Assembly (NCBI GenBank): GCA_964524715.1
Contig: CAZGGF010000400.1
Coordinates: 16,964-80,963, forward strand
Source: an uncultured Verrucomicrobiota bacterium
GTDB lineage: Bacteria > Verrucomicrobiota > Verrucomicrobiia > CAIQCK01
DNA: 64,000 nt
Direction of reading: 5' to 3'
The notes beneath the pieces were generated by a model. It was not told the DNA's origin. It searched no databases and was given only the letters and a program-made list of their open reading frames with translations. A program made the translations under genes and the position numbers. Positions 35,922 to 45,602 of this stretch are shown one piece after another; the stretch's first letter is position 1; each line of letters starts with the position of its first letter.

Positions 35922-37277
35922 ATGGACTACATTCCCAACACCGAAGCTGATCTGAGCGCAATGCTGCGCGAGATCGGCGTCGCAAGCTTCGACGAATTGG
36001 TCGCGGCGGTTCCTGCCCCTCTTCGCCAGTTCAAGATGGAACTGCCGCCAGCAATGTCCGAGTCGGAATTGCAGCGCGAACTTGGCGCGATGGCGGCCCG
36101 CAACACACCGCTCGACGCGCTCCTGTCATTCCTGGGCGCCGGCGCTTATGAGCATTTCGTTCCCAGCGCCATCGACCACCTCGTCTCTCGTGGCGAACTC
36201 TATACCGCCTACACCCCCTATCAGGCCGAGGCGAGTCAGGGCACACTGCAACTGCTCTACGAATATCAGTCTCTCATCTGCGGGCTCACCGCGATGGATG
36301 TCTCCAATGCCTCGCTCTACGACGGGGGTTCGGCGGTCGGCGAGAGCGCCTACCTTGCGCTGAATGCGCACCCGAAACGGAACCGCATCGTCGTTTCCAG
36401 CGCCGTGCATCCGGAGTATCGACAGGTTCTCAAAACCTACACTGCCGGCATGGATGTGGAGATTGTCGAACTGCCAACGCGTGATGGCTTGACCGACCTC
36501 GACGCACTCGCCGCCGCAGTCAACGAAAACACCGCTGCCGTGCTGCTTCAATCGCCGAACTTTTTCGGCTGCATCGAACCCATGCAGCGTGCCGGCGAGA
36601 TGATCAAACCGAAAGGCGCGTGGTTCGTCGCCGTCGTCAACCCGATCTCTCTTGGCGCAATCAAGCCGCCCGGCGAATACGGCGCCGACCTCGCCATTGG
36701 CGAAGGCCAGCCACTCGGCATTCCGGTCGGCTATGGCGGACCCTACATCGGCTTCCTGACCAGCTCCAAACAACTGATCCACAAGATTTCCGGCCGCATC
36801 GTCGGTCGCAGCGTGGACACCGAAGGCCGCGAGGCCTTCTGTCTGACGCTGCAAGCGCGCGAACAACACATCCGCCGCGAGAAGGCCACGTCGAATATCT
36901 GCAGCAACCAGTCGCTGATGGCGTTGCGAACGGCCATTTTCCTGTCGCTGCTCGGCAAACGCGGCATGCGCGAGATTGCTGAGTTGAATCTGCGACGGAG
37001 CCATCAGGCCGCCGAAGTCATCAGCCGCGTGCCTGGGTTCGCACTGAAGTTCCCCCATACACCATTCTTCAACGAGTTCGTCGTCACCTGCCCTGCCCCA
37101 GCGCAAACGATTTGCGACCGGCTGGAGAGTGACGGCATTCTCGCCGGCCTGCCCCTGGGCCGATTCGACGCCGCCATGGAGCGCGATTTGCTCGTGTGCG
37201 TCACTGAAACCAAGTCCACCGCCAACATCGAGCAGCTCGCCGAAGCACTGGGGCGTGCCGCCAGTCGGAAAGTTTGA
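35922..37277 (+). CDS. gcvPA: Glycine dehydrogenase (decarboxylating) subunit 1
   Basis: It reads [20 protein letters not shown]...[16 protein letters not shown]...[18 protein letters not shown]. Confidence 0.95.
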   Translation: MDYIPNTEADLSAMLREIGVASFDELVAAVPAPLRQFKMELPPAMSESELQRELGAMAARNTPLDALLSFLGAGAYEHFVPSAIDHLVSRGELYTAYTPYQAEASQGTLQLLYEYQSLICGLTAMDVSNASLYDGGSAVGESAYLALNAHPKRNRIVVSSAVHPEYRQVLKTYTAGMDVEIVELPTRDGLTDLDALAAAVNENTAAVLLQSPNFFGCIEPMQRAGEMIKPKGAWFVAVVNPISLGAIKPPGEYGADLAIGEGQPLGIPVGYGGPYIGFLTSSKQLIHKISGRIVGRSVDTEGREAFCLTLQAREQHIRREKATSNICSNQSLMALRTAIFLSLLGKRGMREIAELNLRRSHQAAEVISRVPGFALKFPHTPFFNEFVVTCPAPAQTICDRLESDGILAGLPLGRFDAAMERDLLVCVTETKSTANIEQLAEALGRAASRKV

Positions 37278-37282
37278 CCGCG

Positions 37283-38743
37283 ATGAAAGAACCGCTCATT
37301 TTTGATCTCTCGTCGCCCGGCCGCCGCGCCTGTTCGCTGCCGGCCTTCGACGCGCCCACGAAACCGCTGACGGATCTCGTGCCGCAGGATTGCCTGCGCC
37401 AACACGATGCCGAGCTGCCGGAAGTCAGCGAAATGGATGTCGTCCGCCATGTCACCCGCCTGAGCCAGCTCAATTTCAGCGTGGACACGCATTTCTATCC
37501 GCTCGGCTCCTGCACGATGAAGTACAACCCGAAGATCAACGACCGCATCGCGTCGTTGCCGGGCTTCGCCAATGTCCATCCTTATCAGCCACCAACCACG
37601 ACACAGGGCGCGCTCGCCGCGTTTGACCTGCTGGAAAAGATGTTCTGTGCGATCACCGGCATGGATGCATTCACGCTCCAGCCCGCCGCCGGTGCGCACG
37701 GTGAACTGACCGGTTTATTGCTCATCCGCGCCTACCATACCGCCCATGGCAACCCGCGCCGTAAAGTGATCGTTCCCGATTCTGCTCACGGCACCAATCC
37801 GTCGTCGGCACATCTGGCCGGCTACGAAGTCGTGACCGTCCCGTCAAACAAGCAGGGCGAGGTGGACGTCGAGAAATTCCGCGCCGCGCTCAATGAGGAT
37901 GTCGCCGCCGTCATGCTCACCAATCCGAGCACGCACGGCGTCTTCGAAACCCATATTCTGGAAATCGCCGACATGGCGCACAAGGCTGGCGCGCTGCTCT
38001 ACTACGATGGCGCCAACCTCAACGCACTCGTCGGTCTCGCGCGTCCCGGCGACATGGGCTTCGATGTCGTTCATTTGAACGTTCACAAAACGTTCGGCAC
38101 CCCGCACGGCGGCGGCGGCCCCGGCGCAGGACCCGTCGGCGTCAAGAAGGCGTTGGAGCCGTTTCTTCCAACGCCACGCATCACACGTAAATCGGCGGAC
38201 GGCACGCTGTTCTGGAGCTATGACCGGCCACAAACCATCGGCAAGATGCGTTCGTTCTACGGCAGCACCGGCATCCTGATTCGCGCACTCACCTATATCC
38301 TCGCGCACGGCGCTGATGGTCTGCGCCGCGTGTCAGAAGCCGCAATCATCAACGCCAACTACGTCAAGAAGAAGCTGAAGGACCTTTACGACGACCCGTT
38401 CCCGCAAGCGTGCATGCACGAGACCGTCCTCTCGGCCAGGCTCCAGAAGAAACAGGGCTCCAGCGCACGCGACATTGCCAAGCGTCTGTTGGATTTCGGG
38501 TTCCATGCGCCGACAATTTACTTCCCGATGACAGTACCGGAAGCGCTGATGATTGAGCCGACAGAGACCGAAAGCCGGGAGACGCTCGACCAGTTCATCG
38601 CCGCAATGCGGAAGATCGCGGAAGAAATCGAACGCAACCCCGATATGTTGCATAACGCCCCGTTCACAATGCCGGTGAAACGCGTGGACGAGGTGAAGGC
38701 CGCGCGAGAGTTGGATGTAAATTTCGCGAAGCGTAACGCGTGA
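37283..38743 (+). CDS. gcvPB: Glycine dehydrogenase (decarboxylating) subunit 2
   Basis: It reads [10 protein letters not shown]...[21 protein letters not shown] (PLP-Lys region). Confidence 0.95.
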   Translation: MKEPLIFDLSSPGRRACSLPAFDAPTKPLTDLVPQDCLRQHDAELPEVSEMDVVRHVTRLSQLNFSVDTHFYPLGSCTMKYNPKINDRIASLPGFANVHPYQPPTTTQGALAAFDLLEKMFCAITGMDAFTLQPAAGAHGELTGLLLIRAYHTAHGNPRRKVIVPDSAHGTNPSSAHLAGYEVVTVPSNKQGEVDVEKFRAALNEDVAAVMLTNPSTHGVFETHILEIADMAHKAGALLYYDGANLNALVGLARPGDMGFDVVHLNVHKTFGTPHGGGGPGAGPVGVKKALEPFLPTPRITRKSADGTLFWSYDRPQTIGKMRSFYGSTGILIRALTYILAHGADGLRRVSEAAIINANYVKKKLKDLYDDPFPQACMHETVLSARLQKKQGSSARDIAKRLLDFGFHAPTIYFPMTVPEALMIEPTETESRETLDQFIAAMRKIAEEIERNPDMLHNAPFTMPVKRVDEVKAARELDVNFAKRNA

Positions 38744-38839
38744 CACACAGGGCGTGCGGTGCCACGGATGCTCTGCCATGGGTTGCGATCTCCCGAAAGC
38801 CAAGGCTTGCGCGTAACGCCGAAGCCGCTATTGTGAATC

Positions 38840-39508
38840 GTGTTGAAATTGCCTGATGAAATCGCCGTCATGGCCTTGCCGAACGCGATCCTGTTTCCGC
38901 AGGCCGTGTTACCGGTGCACATCTTCGAACCGCATTACCGCAGAATGCTGAGGGATGCTCTGGAGACGCACCGGATGTTCTGCATTGCGTTGATGCGACA
39001 GAGGCCGGCAGCCAGCCAGCCATGCCCGCAGCCTTACGATGTCGGTTGTGTTGGCGTCATCAGCGCCTCGTTCCAGTTGCCTGATGGCACGTCAAACCTC
39101 CTGCTCCAAGGACTGCATCGAGTGCGCTTCAGAGAGTTCCTGCCGGACACGCCCTACCCCATCGCCGCCATCGAGCCGCTGGAGACCACGCATGAGACGG
39201 ACGCCGAAACGAATGAACTGGCTGCGAGGATTGGCAAATTGGCCCATCTCCGTGCTGCCGCCGGCAAGGCTGTTCCCAAGCAACTTCTCCAGGCACTGGC
39301 CACCCTGGGCGATGCGGAAACGATGGCCGATCTGATATCGTTTACCCTCGTGACCGATCTCCGCCAGAAACAACAGCTCCTGGAAATGCTCGATCTGCGG
39401 CTGCGGATGCAAAAACTGCTTCAGTGTCTTGAACGCCAGATCAAACAGTTGAAAATCCAAAAGCAGTTGAAACCCACGAAGACCAGCAAGGGCTTCGGTG
39501 TGAACTAA
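38840..39508 (+). CDS. LON substrate-binding (Lon N-terminal) domain protein
   Basis: It starts LPNAILFPQAVLPVHIFEPHYRRML, is 222 aa long, and has no AAA or protease domain. The start is GTG. Confidence 0.8.
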   Translation: MLKLPDEIAVMALPNAILFPQAVLPVHIFEPHYRRMLRDALETHRMFCIALMRQRPAASQPCPQPYDVGCVGVISASFQLPDGTSNLLLQGLHRVRFREFLPDTPYPIAAIEPLETTHETDAETNELAARIGKLAHLRAAAGKAVPKQLLQALATLGDAETMADLISFTLVTDLRQKQQLLEMLDLRLRMQKLLQCLERQIKQLKIQKQLKPTKTSKGFGVN

Positions 39509-39512
39509 GCCG

Positions 39513-40634
39513 GTGAATATCCTCCAGCGTTATATTGCACGGCAGGTCCTGTTCACGCTCGTAGTGGCGGTGGCAGTGTTCAGCGTCATCCTGTTGACCG
39601 GCAATGCACTGAAACAACTGTTGGAACTGCTCTCGACCAAGCAAGTACCTGCGGGCGCCGTCTTGAAGCAGTTGCTGTACCTCGTGCCGTTCGTGCTGAC
39701 GTTCTCGTTGCCCATGGGCATGATGACCGCCTGCCTGCTGGTATTCAGCCGTCTCTCCGCCGACAATGAGATCAGTGCCATGCGCGCCTGCGGCCAGAGC
39801 TTCTGGCAACTGATCTCGCCCGTGCTGGCAACCGCGTTCCTGCTCTCCCTGGTCTGCCTGTATTTCAACCTCCAGCAGGCACCATTGCTGAAGGCCGCTT
39901 TCAAACAAGGCCTCTCCAACCTCGGCTTGAGCCACCCCACGGCGCTGCTCGAACCGGGGCGCTTCAACGACGATTTCCCCGGCTACCTCATCTACGTCAG
40001 CGAAAGCAAGGATGAGCGCATTCGCGACGTGAGCATCTACCAACTCGACGCACGCGGCAATGTCATCCAGAAAATTCGCGCCACCCACGGAGAGCTCTAC
40101 CCCGACCTTCCTCACAAGAAAATCGATATCGCGCTGCACAACGTTAAGAACGAGATTCATGACCCCAATGACCCCAATAACCCGCAGCGCATCCGCCCTG
40201 GCGTCATCGCGGCCGATTACAATCTCACGATGGACATCTCGACCATGATCGAGGCCAAGCGTGTGCGGCGCGACACCAACCATCTCACCTTCACCGAACT
40301 GGTTGCCGCCATCGTCCACCTTAAGCAACGCGGTATCAACCCCAGCCCCTACGTCGTCCGCGCCCACCGCCAATGGGCCACCTCGTTCTCCTGTCTGGCT
40401 TTTGCGATGATCGCCATCCCCTTCGGCATCCGTTCCCAGCGCCGCGAGACCTCCATTGGCATCGCCTGGTCGCTGGCGCTGGCCTTCGCCTATTACTTCA
40501 TCGTCATTGTCGCCGAAGCCCTCAGCAACCGCCCGCAGTTCTACCCTGAAGTCATCGTCTGGATCCCCAACTTCGTCTTCCAGACCCTCGGCATCTACCT
40601 GCTCTCCCGCATCAGCCGCGTTGGCGTCGTATAG
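39513..40634 (+). CDS. LptF/LptG-family (YjgP/YjgQ) permease
   Basis: It starts MNILQRYIARQVL and has a 6-TM architecture with a central periplasmic beta-jellyroll-sized insert. Confidence 0.85.
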   Translation: MNILQRYIARQVLFTLVVAVAVFSVILLTGNALKQLLELLSTKQVPAGAVLKQLLYLVPFVLTFSLPMGMMTACLLVFSRLSADNEISAMRACGQSFWQLISPVLATAFLLSLVCLYFNLQQAPLLKAAFKQGLSNLGLSHPTALLEPGRFNDDFPGYLIYVSESKDERIRDVSIYQLDARGNVIQKIRATHGELYPDLPHKKIDIALHNVKNEIHDPNDPNNPQRIRPGVIAADYNLTMDISTMIEAKRVRRDTNHLTFTELVAAIVHLKQRGINPSPYVVRAHRQWATSFSCLAFAMIAIPFGIRSQRRETSIGIAWSLALAFAYYFIVIVAEALSNRPQFYPEVIVWIPNFVFQTLGIYLLSRISRVGVV

Positions 40635-40746
40635 CAACGACGTTGCTGCGTCCGATTCTCAACACCGCTGAACTTTTCGCGCGTCTGCCTTGTCCAATTG
40701 CTTGGTTGGCGAGGATGAACCTCGCGAGCCAGACGGAGAAAACGGT

Positions 40747-41328
40747 ATGAAGATGTCAGCTCTGTTCAAGTATTCCCTTGCTTGTATTGTCCTGATCGTC
40801 CTTCCCGCAATCGCCAGCGAAAAACATCCTGGATCTCATCAAGATATCCCGGGTTGGATCGGCGCGTTTCTCTGCGGGACTGATGACGGAGTGAAGATCA
40901 ACGGCGTCATCCGCGACGGCCCGGCCGACCAAGCCGGCTTGCGCGCCGGCGACGTGGTCTTCGAAGCGGCCGGCAAATCCGTCCGGTCGCCAGCACAACT
41001 GACCGGCATTGTCCGCGATACCGCCGTGGGCAACGAGATTGCCCTGCGAGTCCGCCGCAGCGGAGATGAGAAGTCCATGACAGTCAAGGTTGGCAAATGG
41101 CCAGAGTGGTTTAGCGGTTTCGACCCGGCGTGGCCCGGTCACGGCTGGCCGCCGGGCGCGCCACATGGCGACTGGCGTTTGGAGTGGCCGCCCAAATCGC
41201 GGATGGATTCAAAAGCCGCGGATCACCTCCAGAAGCAAATGGACGCGTTGCGCAAACAAATGGAGAACCTGCGTGAGAAGCTGGAGAAACACCTCTCCTG
41301 CAAGCAGCCGAATCCGAGCCATATCTGA
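40747..41328 (+). CDS. Secreted PDZ-domain protein
   Basis: It has a signal peptide. The PDZ core is GVKINGVIRDGPADQAGLRAGDVVFEAAGKSV...IALRVRR. The tail is coiled-coil. Confidence 0.7.
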   Translation: MKMSALFKYSLACIVLIVLPAIASEKHPGSHQDIPGWIGAFLCGTDDGVKINGVIRDGPADQAGLRAGDVVFEAAGKSVRSPAQLTGIVRDTAVGNEIALRVRRSGDEKSMTVKVGKWPEWFSGFDPAWPGHGWPPGAPHGDWRLEWPPKSRMDSKAADHLQKQMDALRKQMENLREKLEKHLSCKQPNPSHI

Positions 41329-41496
41329 ACAATCCCGTCCGACACCGCCCCATGGATTGTGTGAACTTACGAGACTTCGCCGCGCTTCACCTTGACCGCA
41401 GCGAAACCGTCTGAAACTCCACTTCTCATGGCCCGTCGGTTGCAGGATTTGCTTCCGTCATTGCACATGATCGGGCAATATCCTCGTTCACCAATC

Positions 41497-42195
41497 ATGC
41501 GGGTCAGAAGTTATCTCCAGCTGGTTCGAGCGCCGAACCTCTTCACGGCAGCCACCAACGTCTTCACCGGCTGCGCGGCGGTGAGTCCCTCATCGCCAGC
41601 GCCGGCAACCATTGTGCTGCTCGCGCTCAGCTCGGTGTGCCTTTATGCGGGCGGCGTCGTATTGAATGACTGGTGTGACATCGAATTGGACCGCGTCGAG
41701 CGGCCAAAACGCCCGCTACCATCCGGTCAGGTTGCGTCCAAAACAGCCGTCACGCTGGCGGTCGTACTCCTCGCGGCGGGCATCATGCTGGCAAGTGCCG
41801 TCAGCGCCATGGCGGCGATGACAGCGTCAGCGATTGTTCTTCTGGTGGTAACCTACAATTTCGGTCTCAAGTCCTTTCGCATAGTGGGTCCGTTGAACAT
41901 GGGCGCGTGCCGCTTCGGTAATGTGCTGCTCGGCGCGTGCGCTGCCCCAGCGGCAAGTATGAAGGCACTGCCGTTCGCAGTGTTCATGATGGCGTGGGTC
42001 GTCGCCATCAGTCTGGTCAGCGCCCGCGAAGTCACCGCGCCGCGCCTGCAGGCTGTCATCAAGGCAATGCTGCTGGCAATTCCCCTGCTTGACGGCGTTT
42101 TCGTTGGAACTCTGGCAACCCCATGGATGGGCGTTGCTGTCGCTGCATTTGCGTTGCCAGCGTGGTTGACTGCGCGCCGGCTTTACGTTACGTAG
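41497..42195 (+). CDS. UbiA-family prenyltransferase, EboC-like
   Basis: The N-terminus is YLQLVRAPNLFTAATNVFTG, the Asp-rich motif is LNDWCDIELDRVERPKRPLPSG, and there are 7-8 TM segments. The likely start is ATG 41497. Confidence 0.75.
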   Translation: MRVRSYLQLVRAPNLFTAATNVFTGCAAVSPSSPAPATIVLLALSSVCLYAGGVVLNDWCDIELDRVERPKRPLPSGQVASKTAVTLAVVLLAAGIMLASAVSAMAAMTASAIVLLVVTYNFGLKSFRIVGPLNMGACRFGNVLLGACAAPAASMKALPFAVFMMAWVVAISLVSAREVTAPRLQAVIKAMLLAIPLLDGVFVGTLATPWMGVAVAAFALPAWLTARRLYVT

Positions 42196-42205
42196 CAGGT
42201 GCCTC

Positions 42206-43465
42206 ATGAGTTCGCCAAAAGTCCTCGTTATCAACGTCGCCGCGCTCGCGCCGCAACACATCGAGCAGTGCCCCGCCTTGTCGCGGCTCGCTGACAGTGG
42301 CTGGACTGCGCCGATGACGCCAACGTTCCCGGCGGTGACCTGTACGGCGCAGGCCACGCTCACCACCGGGCAACCGCCGTCCGCGCACGGCATCATTGCC
42401 AATGGACTCTTTGATCGCGACAAGCTGGAGGTGGCGTTCTGGGAACAACCCGCCAAACTCGTGCAAGCGCCGCGGCTCTGGGACATCCTCAAGCAACGCA
42501 ACCCCGCTGCGACGTGCGCGGTGTTGTTCTGGCAGCATAGTCTTTACGCCAACGCCGACGTCGTCATCACGCCAAAACCTATTCATCTCGAACACAGCAT
42601 GTTGCCCTGGTGCTACTCGAAGCCGGCCGGCTACTACGAGGAACTGTGTCATGCCATCGGCAAGTTCAAGCTTCACAACTACTGGGGACCGCTGGCAGGC
42701 ATTGGGTCAAGCCGCTGGATCGCCGCCGCAGCAGCCTGGACACTGCGAACGAGGCAGCCAGACCTGACGATGGTTTATCTGCCGCACCTTGATTACCATT
42801 CCCAGAAGCGCGGGCCTGGCTCGCCACAAATGGCTCGCGATCTGAAACTCGTCGATGACCTTGTGGGCGAGATTGTTGCGGCGGCGCCGCCGGGAACAAC
42901 CGTGTTTGTGGTTTCCGAGTATTCCATCACGCCCGTGACTGGCGCAATCCTGCCAAACCAGATTTTGCGCCGCGCCGGGCTGCTCGCCATACGCGAAATC
43001 GGTGGTGGTGAGTATCTCGACATCGAGCATAGCGCGGCATTCGCGATGGTGGACCATCAGGTTGCCCACATCTACTGCAAGTCGGATGCCATCGAACCGG
43101 CCCGCTGCGCGTTGGCGGCGGCGGGAGTCGAGTTTCGGCAGGTTGACCATCCACGCAGCGGTGAGCTGGTCGCTGTCGCTCCACAAGACAAGTGGTTCGC
43201 TTATTACTGGTGGCTGGAGCCAGACAAGGCGCCCCCGTTTGCACGTCACATAGACATTCACCGCAAACCCGGGTATGATCCATGTGAGCTTTGGTTTGAC
43301 TGGCCGTTGCTTCGGATTCCAACGAAGCCGGAGTTGGTCAAAGGCTCGCATGGCCGCGACGACGTGCCGGCCGCATTCGTCGTCACCGGCCCACAGTCGC
43401 CGGCGCGACGCGATCAGGTCGCGATGACAGACGTGGCAGGTTGGATATTGGATTGCTTCCGATGA
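42206..43465 (+). CDS. Alkaline-phosphatase-superfamily (type I phosphodiesterase/nucleotide pyrophosphatase) protein, EboF-like
   Basis: It reads KVLVINVAAL...TFPAVTCTAQATLTTG..P..HGIIANG (nucleophile Thr region) and later YLPHLDY. It starts 10 nt after the UbiA gene. Confidence 0.75.
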   Translation: MSSPKVLVINVAALAPQHIEQCPALSRLADSGWTAPMTPTFPAVTCTAQATLTTGQPPSAHGIIANGLFDRDKLEVAFWEQPAKLVQAPRLWDILKQRNPAATCAVLFWQHSLYANADVVITPKPIHLEHSMLPWCYSKPAGYYEELCHAIGKFKLHNYWGPLAGIGSSRWIAAAAAWTLRTRQPDLTMVYLPHLDYHSQKRGPGSPQMARDLKLVDDLVGEIVAAAPPGTTVFVVSEYSITPVTGAILPNQILRRAGLLAIREIGGGEYLDIEHSAAFAMVDHQVAHIYCKSDAIEPARCALAAAGVEFRQVDHPRSGELVAVAPQDKWFAYYWWLEPDKAPPFARHIDIHRKPGYDPCELWFDWPLLRIPTKPELVKGSHGRDDVPAAFVVTGPQSPARRDQVAMTDVAGWILDCFR

Positions 43466-44319
43466 ATTTAAGATTTGGCTACAATACGAATGGTTTCGCG
43501 CATCACAGGCTCAACGATGCGCTGGTGGTGATCGCCGGCTGCGGTTACGACGGCGTCGCGCTGTCGGTGGATGTGCAGCACTGCGATCCGTTCAACATCA
43601 CCGCCACCGAACTGCGCCAGTTGAAAGGGATGCTCAAGGCGCTTCAGTTGTCCGTGGTAATCGAAACAGGCGCGCGTTACCTGCTCAGCAAGTGGTTCAA
43701 GCACGAGCCTACTCTCATCAGCCGACAGCCCGAAGGCCGCGCGTTGCGCCTCCAATTCTTGAAGCGCGCCATCAACCTCGCCGCCGATCTTGGCGCGGAG
43801 GCCGTAAGTCTCTGGTCCGGGCCGCGCGCAAAAGATGTCACCGAGGAAGAAGCGTGGAAATGGCTCATCGCCGGCTGCAATGAGATCACCACGTATGCCG
43901 AGCGCAAAGGCGTCGTGCTGGCGTTCGAGCCCGAGCCGGGCATGATGGTGGGCACCCTCACGGCTTTCGACCGGCTGAAGACACATGTGCCGTCGCCGTC
44001 GTTTGGCCTCACGCTCGACATCGGTCATATCTTCTGCACCGAGCCGGAACGGTTTGAAGCCCTCGTGCGGCAGAATGCCCCGCTGCTGCGCAACGTCCAC
44101 ATCGAGGACATCAAGGGCCGCGTCCACGAACACCGGATGTTCGGCGAAGGCGACATTGATTTCCCGCCCGTGCTGCGCGTGCTCCACGCCACCGGTTATC
44201 GTGGAATGATCAACGTTGAACTCAGTCGCGACAGCTACCGTGCCCCGGATGTGGCTCGCCGTTCACTCCAACTTCTCCGCCAATGGGCCGCCAAGGCACA
44301 AGCATCGGCTACTCACTGA
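43462..44319 (+). CDS. Xylose-isomerase-like TIM-barrel (sugar phosphate isomerase/epimerase, AP endonuclease 2 fold) protein
   Basis: It reads FGYNTNGFAHH...VIETG...LAFEPEPG...LDIGH...HIEDI...INVELS. There is an ATGA overlap with the upstream gene. Confidence 0.8.
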   Translation: MNLRFGYNTNGFAHHRLNDALVVIAGCGYDGVALSVDVQHCDPFNITATELRQLKGMLKALQLSVVIETGARYLLSKWFKHEPTLISRQPEGRALRLQFLKRAINLAADLGAEAVSLWSGPRAKDVTEEEAWKWLIAGCNEITTYAERKGVVLAFEPEPGMMVGTLTAFDRLKTHVPSPSFGLTLDIGHIFCTEPERFEALVRQNAPLLRNVHIEDIKGRVHEHRMFGEGDIDFPPVLRVLHATGYRGMINVELSRDSYRAPDVARRSLQLLRQWAAKAQASATH

Positions 44320-45455
44320 ACGTCTTTCCGGACGAGTCGCTCGACGAGCTTCGGCAAACGCTGCGGCATCGCGCGCCCCACATCCGGCGCGAGGCCTACC
44401 ACGACCGCGAGTTCCCGGTGGAGCTCCGATTCTCGCAGCGCATGGTCGGGGAACTTCGCCTCCGGCCGGCGGCGGTGACAGAACTGCGCAACATTCTGCG
44501 CGATGAAGGTTTGCGGCTTGTGGCACTCAACGCGTTCGTGCCTGTCAGTTTCCACCAGCCGAATCTGAAGGAGCGCGTCTATCTTCCGGCGTGGCACGAA
44601 AGCGACGAGCGTCTCCACTATACCTGTGATTGCGCCGACCTTCTCGCCGCACTCGCGCCTCCCGAGGTGAAAGAGCCGACGCTCAGCGTGCCCGCAGGCG
44701 CGCTCAAGCGTGACTTTGCCGACGCGCCCGGCGTTCACGAGCAGACCGCCGCCGCATTGCGCCGCTGTGCACAACACTGCGCTGAACTCGAACATCGCAC
44801 TGGCCGTCGTGTCACCGTCGGCCTCGAACCGGAACCCGGCCTCGCCTATGAACGCACCACCGAGGTCATTGAGTTCTTCGCAAAGTTCCAAGCCACGCTG
44901 GATGGCGAGACCGGCAGCGGGCGTTATCTAGGCGTCAACTTCGACATCTGCCACCAACTCGTCGAGTTTGAAGACCTCGCACAATCGGTGGCCTCGCTCC
45001 AGGCAGCCAATATCCAGATCGCGAAGATTCACATCTCCAATTGTATCGAGATCGAAAAACCGCTCATCGCGCCCGAATTGCTGGAGGCATTGCGCCAACG
45101 CTACGCAGAGTCGAAATTCCTTCACCAGACCTGCGGCGTGAATGCTGCCGGCCTGCCTGTCTATTTCTCGCTCGACCTCCCGCCCGTGCTGACGCCCGAC
45201 GGTCTGCGGGCGATGGCGCACGCGGGCGTTGAGAAGCTCCGCATTCATTACCACATGCCGCTGCTGCCGGGCGGTTCGATGCCCACGCCGCTCCCCGACG
45301 TGGAGACATTCGTTCGCCGCTTCGCCAAGGTCCAGCCCAAGGTGCCGCTGGTGATCGAGACCTACACATGGCTGGAACTGGCCGCCGGCACTGGCAAGCC
45401 CGACTTGGTGCCCGGCATCGCCGACGAAATCCATCACGTCAGCGGCTGGCTCTGA
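44283..45455 (+). CDS. Large TIM-barrel protein, EboE-like (metabolite traffic protein family, tentative)
   Basis: It is 390 aa. The N-terminus SIGYSLNVFPDESLDEL is followed by GLEPEPG, NFDICH, IHISN and YHMPL. The size, N-terminal motif and neighbourhood match my recollection of EboE. It overlaps the upstream gene by 37 nt. Confidence 0.55.
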   Translation: MGRQGTSIGYSLNVFPDESLDELRQTLRHRAPHIRREAYHDREFPVELRFSQRMVGELRLRPAAVTELRNILRDEGLRLVALNAFVPVSFHQPNLKERVYLPAWHESDERLHYTCDCADLLAALAPPEVKEPTLSVPAGALKRDFADAPGVHEQTAAALRRCAQHCAELEHRTGRRVTVGLEPEPGLAYERTTEVIEFFAKFQATLDGETGSGRYLGVNFDICHQLVEFEDLAQSVASLQAANIQIAKIHISNCIEIEKPLIAPELLEALRQRYAESKFLHQTCGVNAAGLPVYFSLDLPPVLTPDGLRAMAHAGVEKLRIHYHMPLLPGGSMPTPLPDVETFVRRFAKVQPKVPLVIETYTWLELAAGTGKPDLVPGIADEIHHVSGWL

Positions 45456-45602
45456 CATGGAACAGTGCATGAGCGTCGCATTATCTCTTGCGCGTGTTTA
45501 TCACGGCGTGCTTGCGCGCGCACGGCAACAACTGATAAAGAAGCTCCCGCATGGCCGCGTCGGCCCGATGCCGGCGCCATTGTCCACACTAACACACTAA
45601 TC

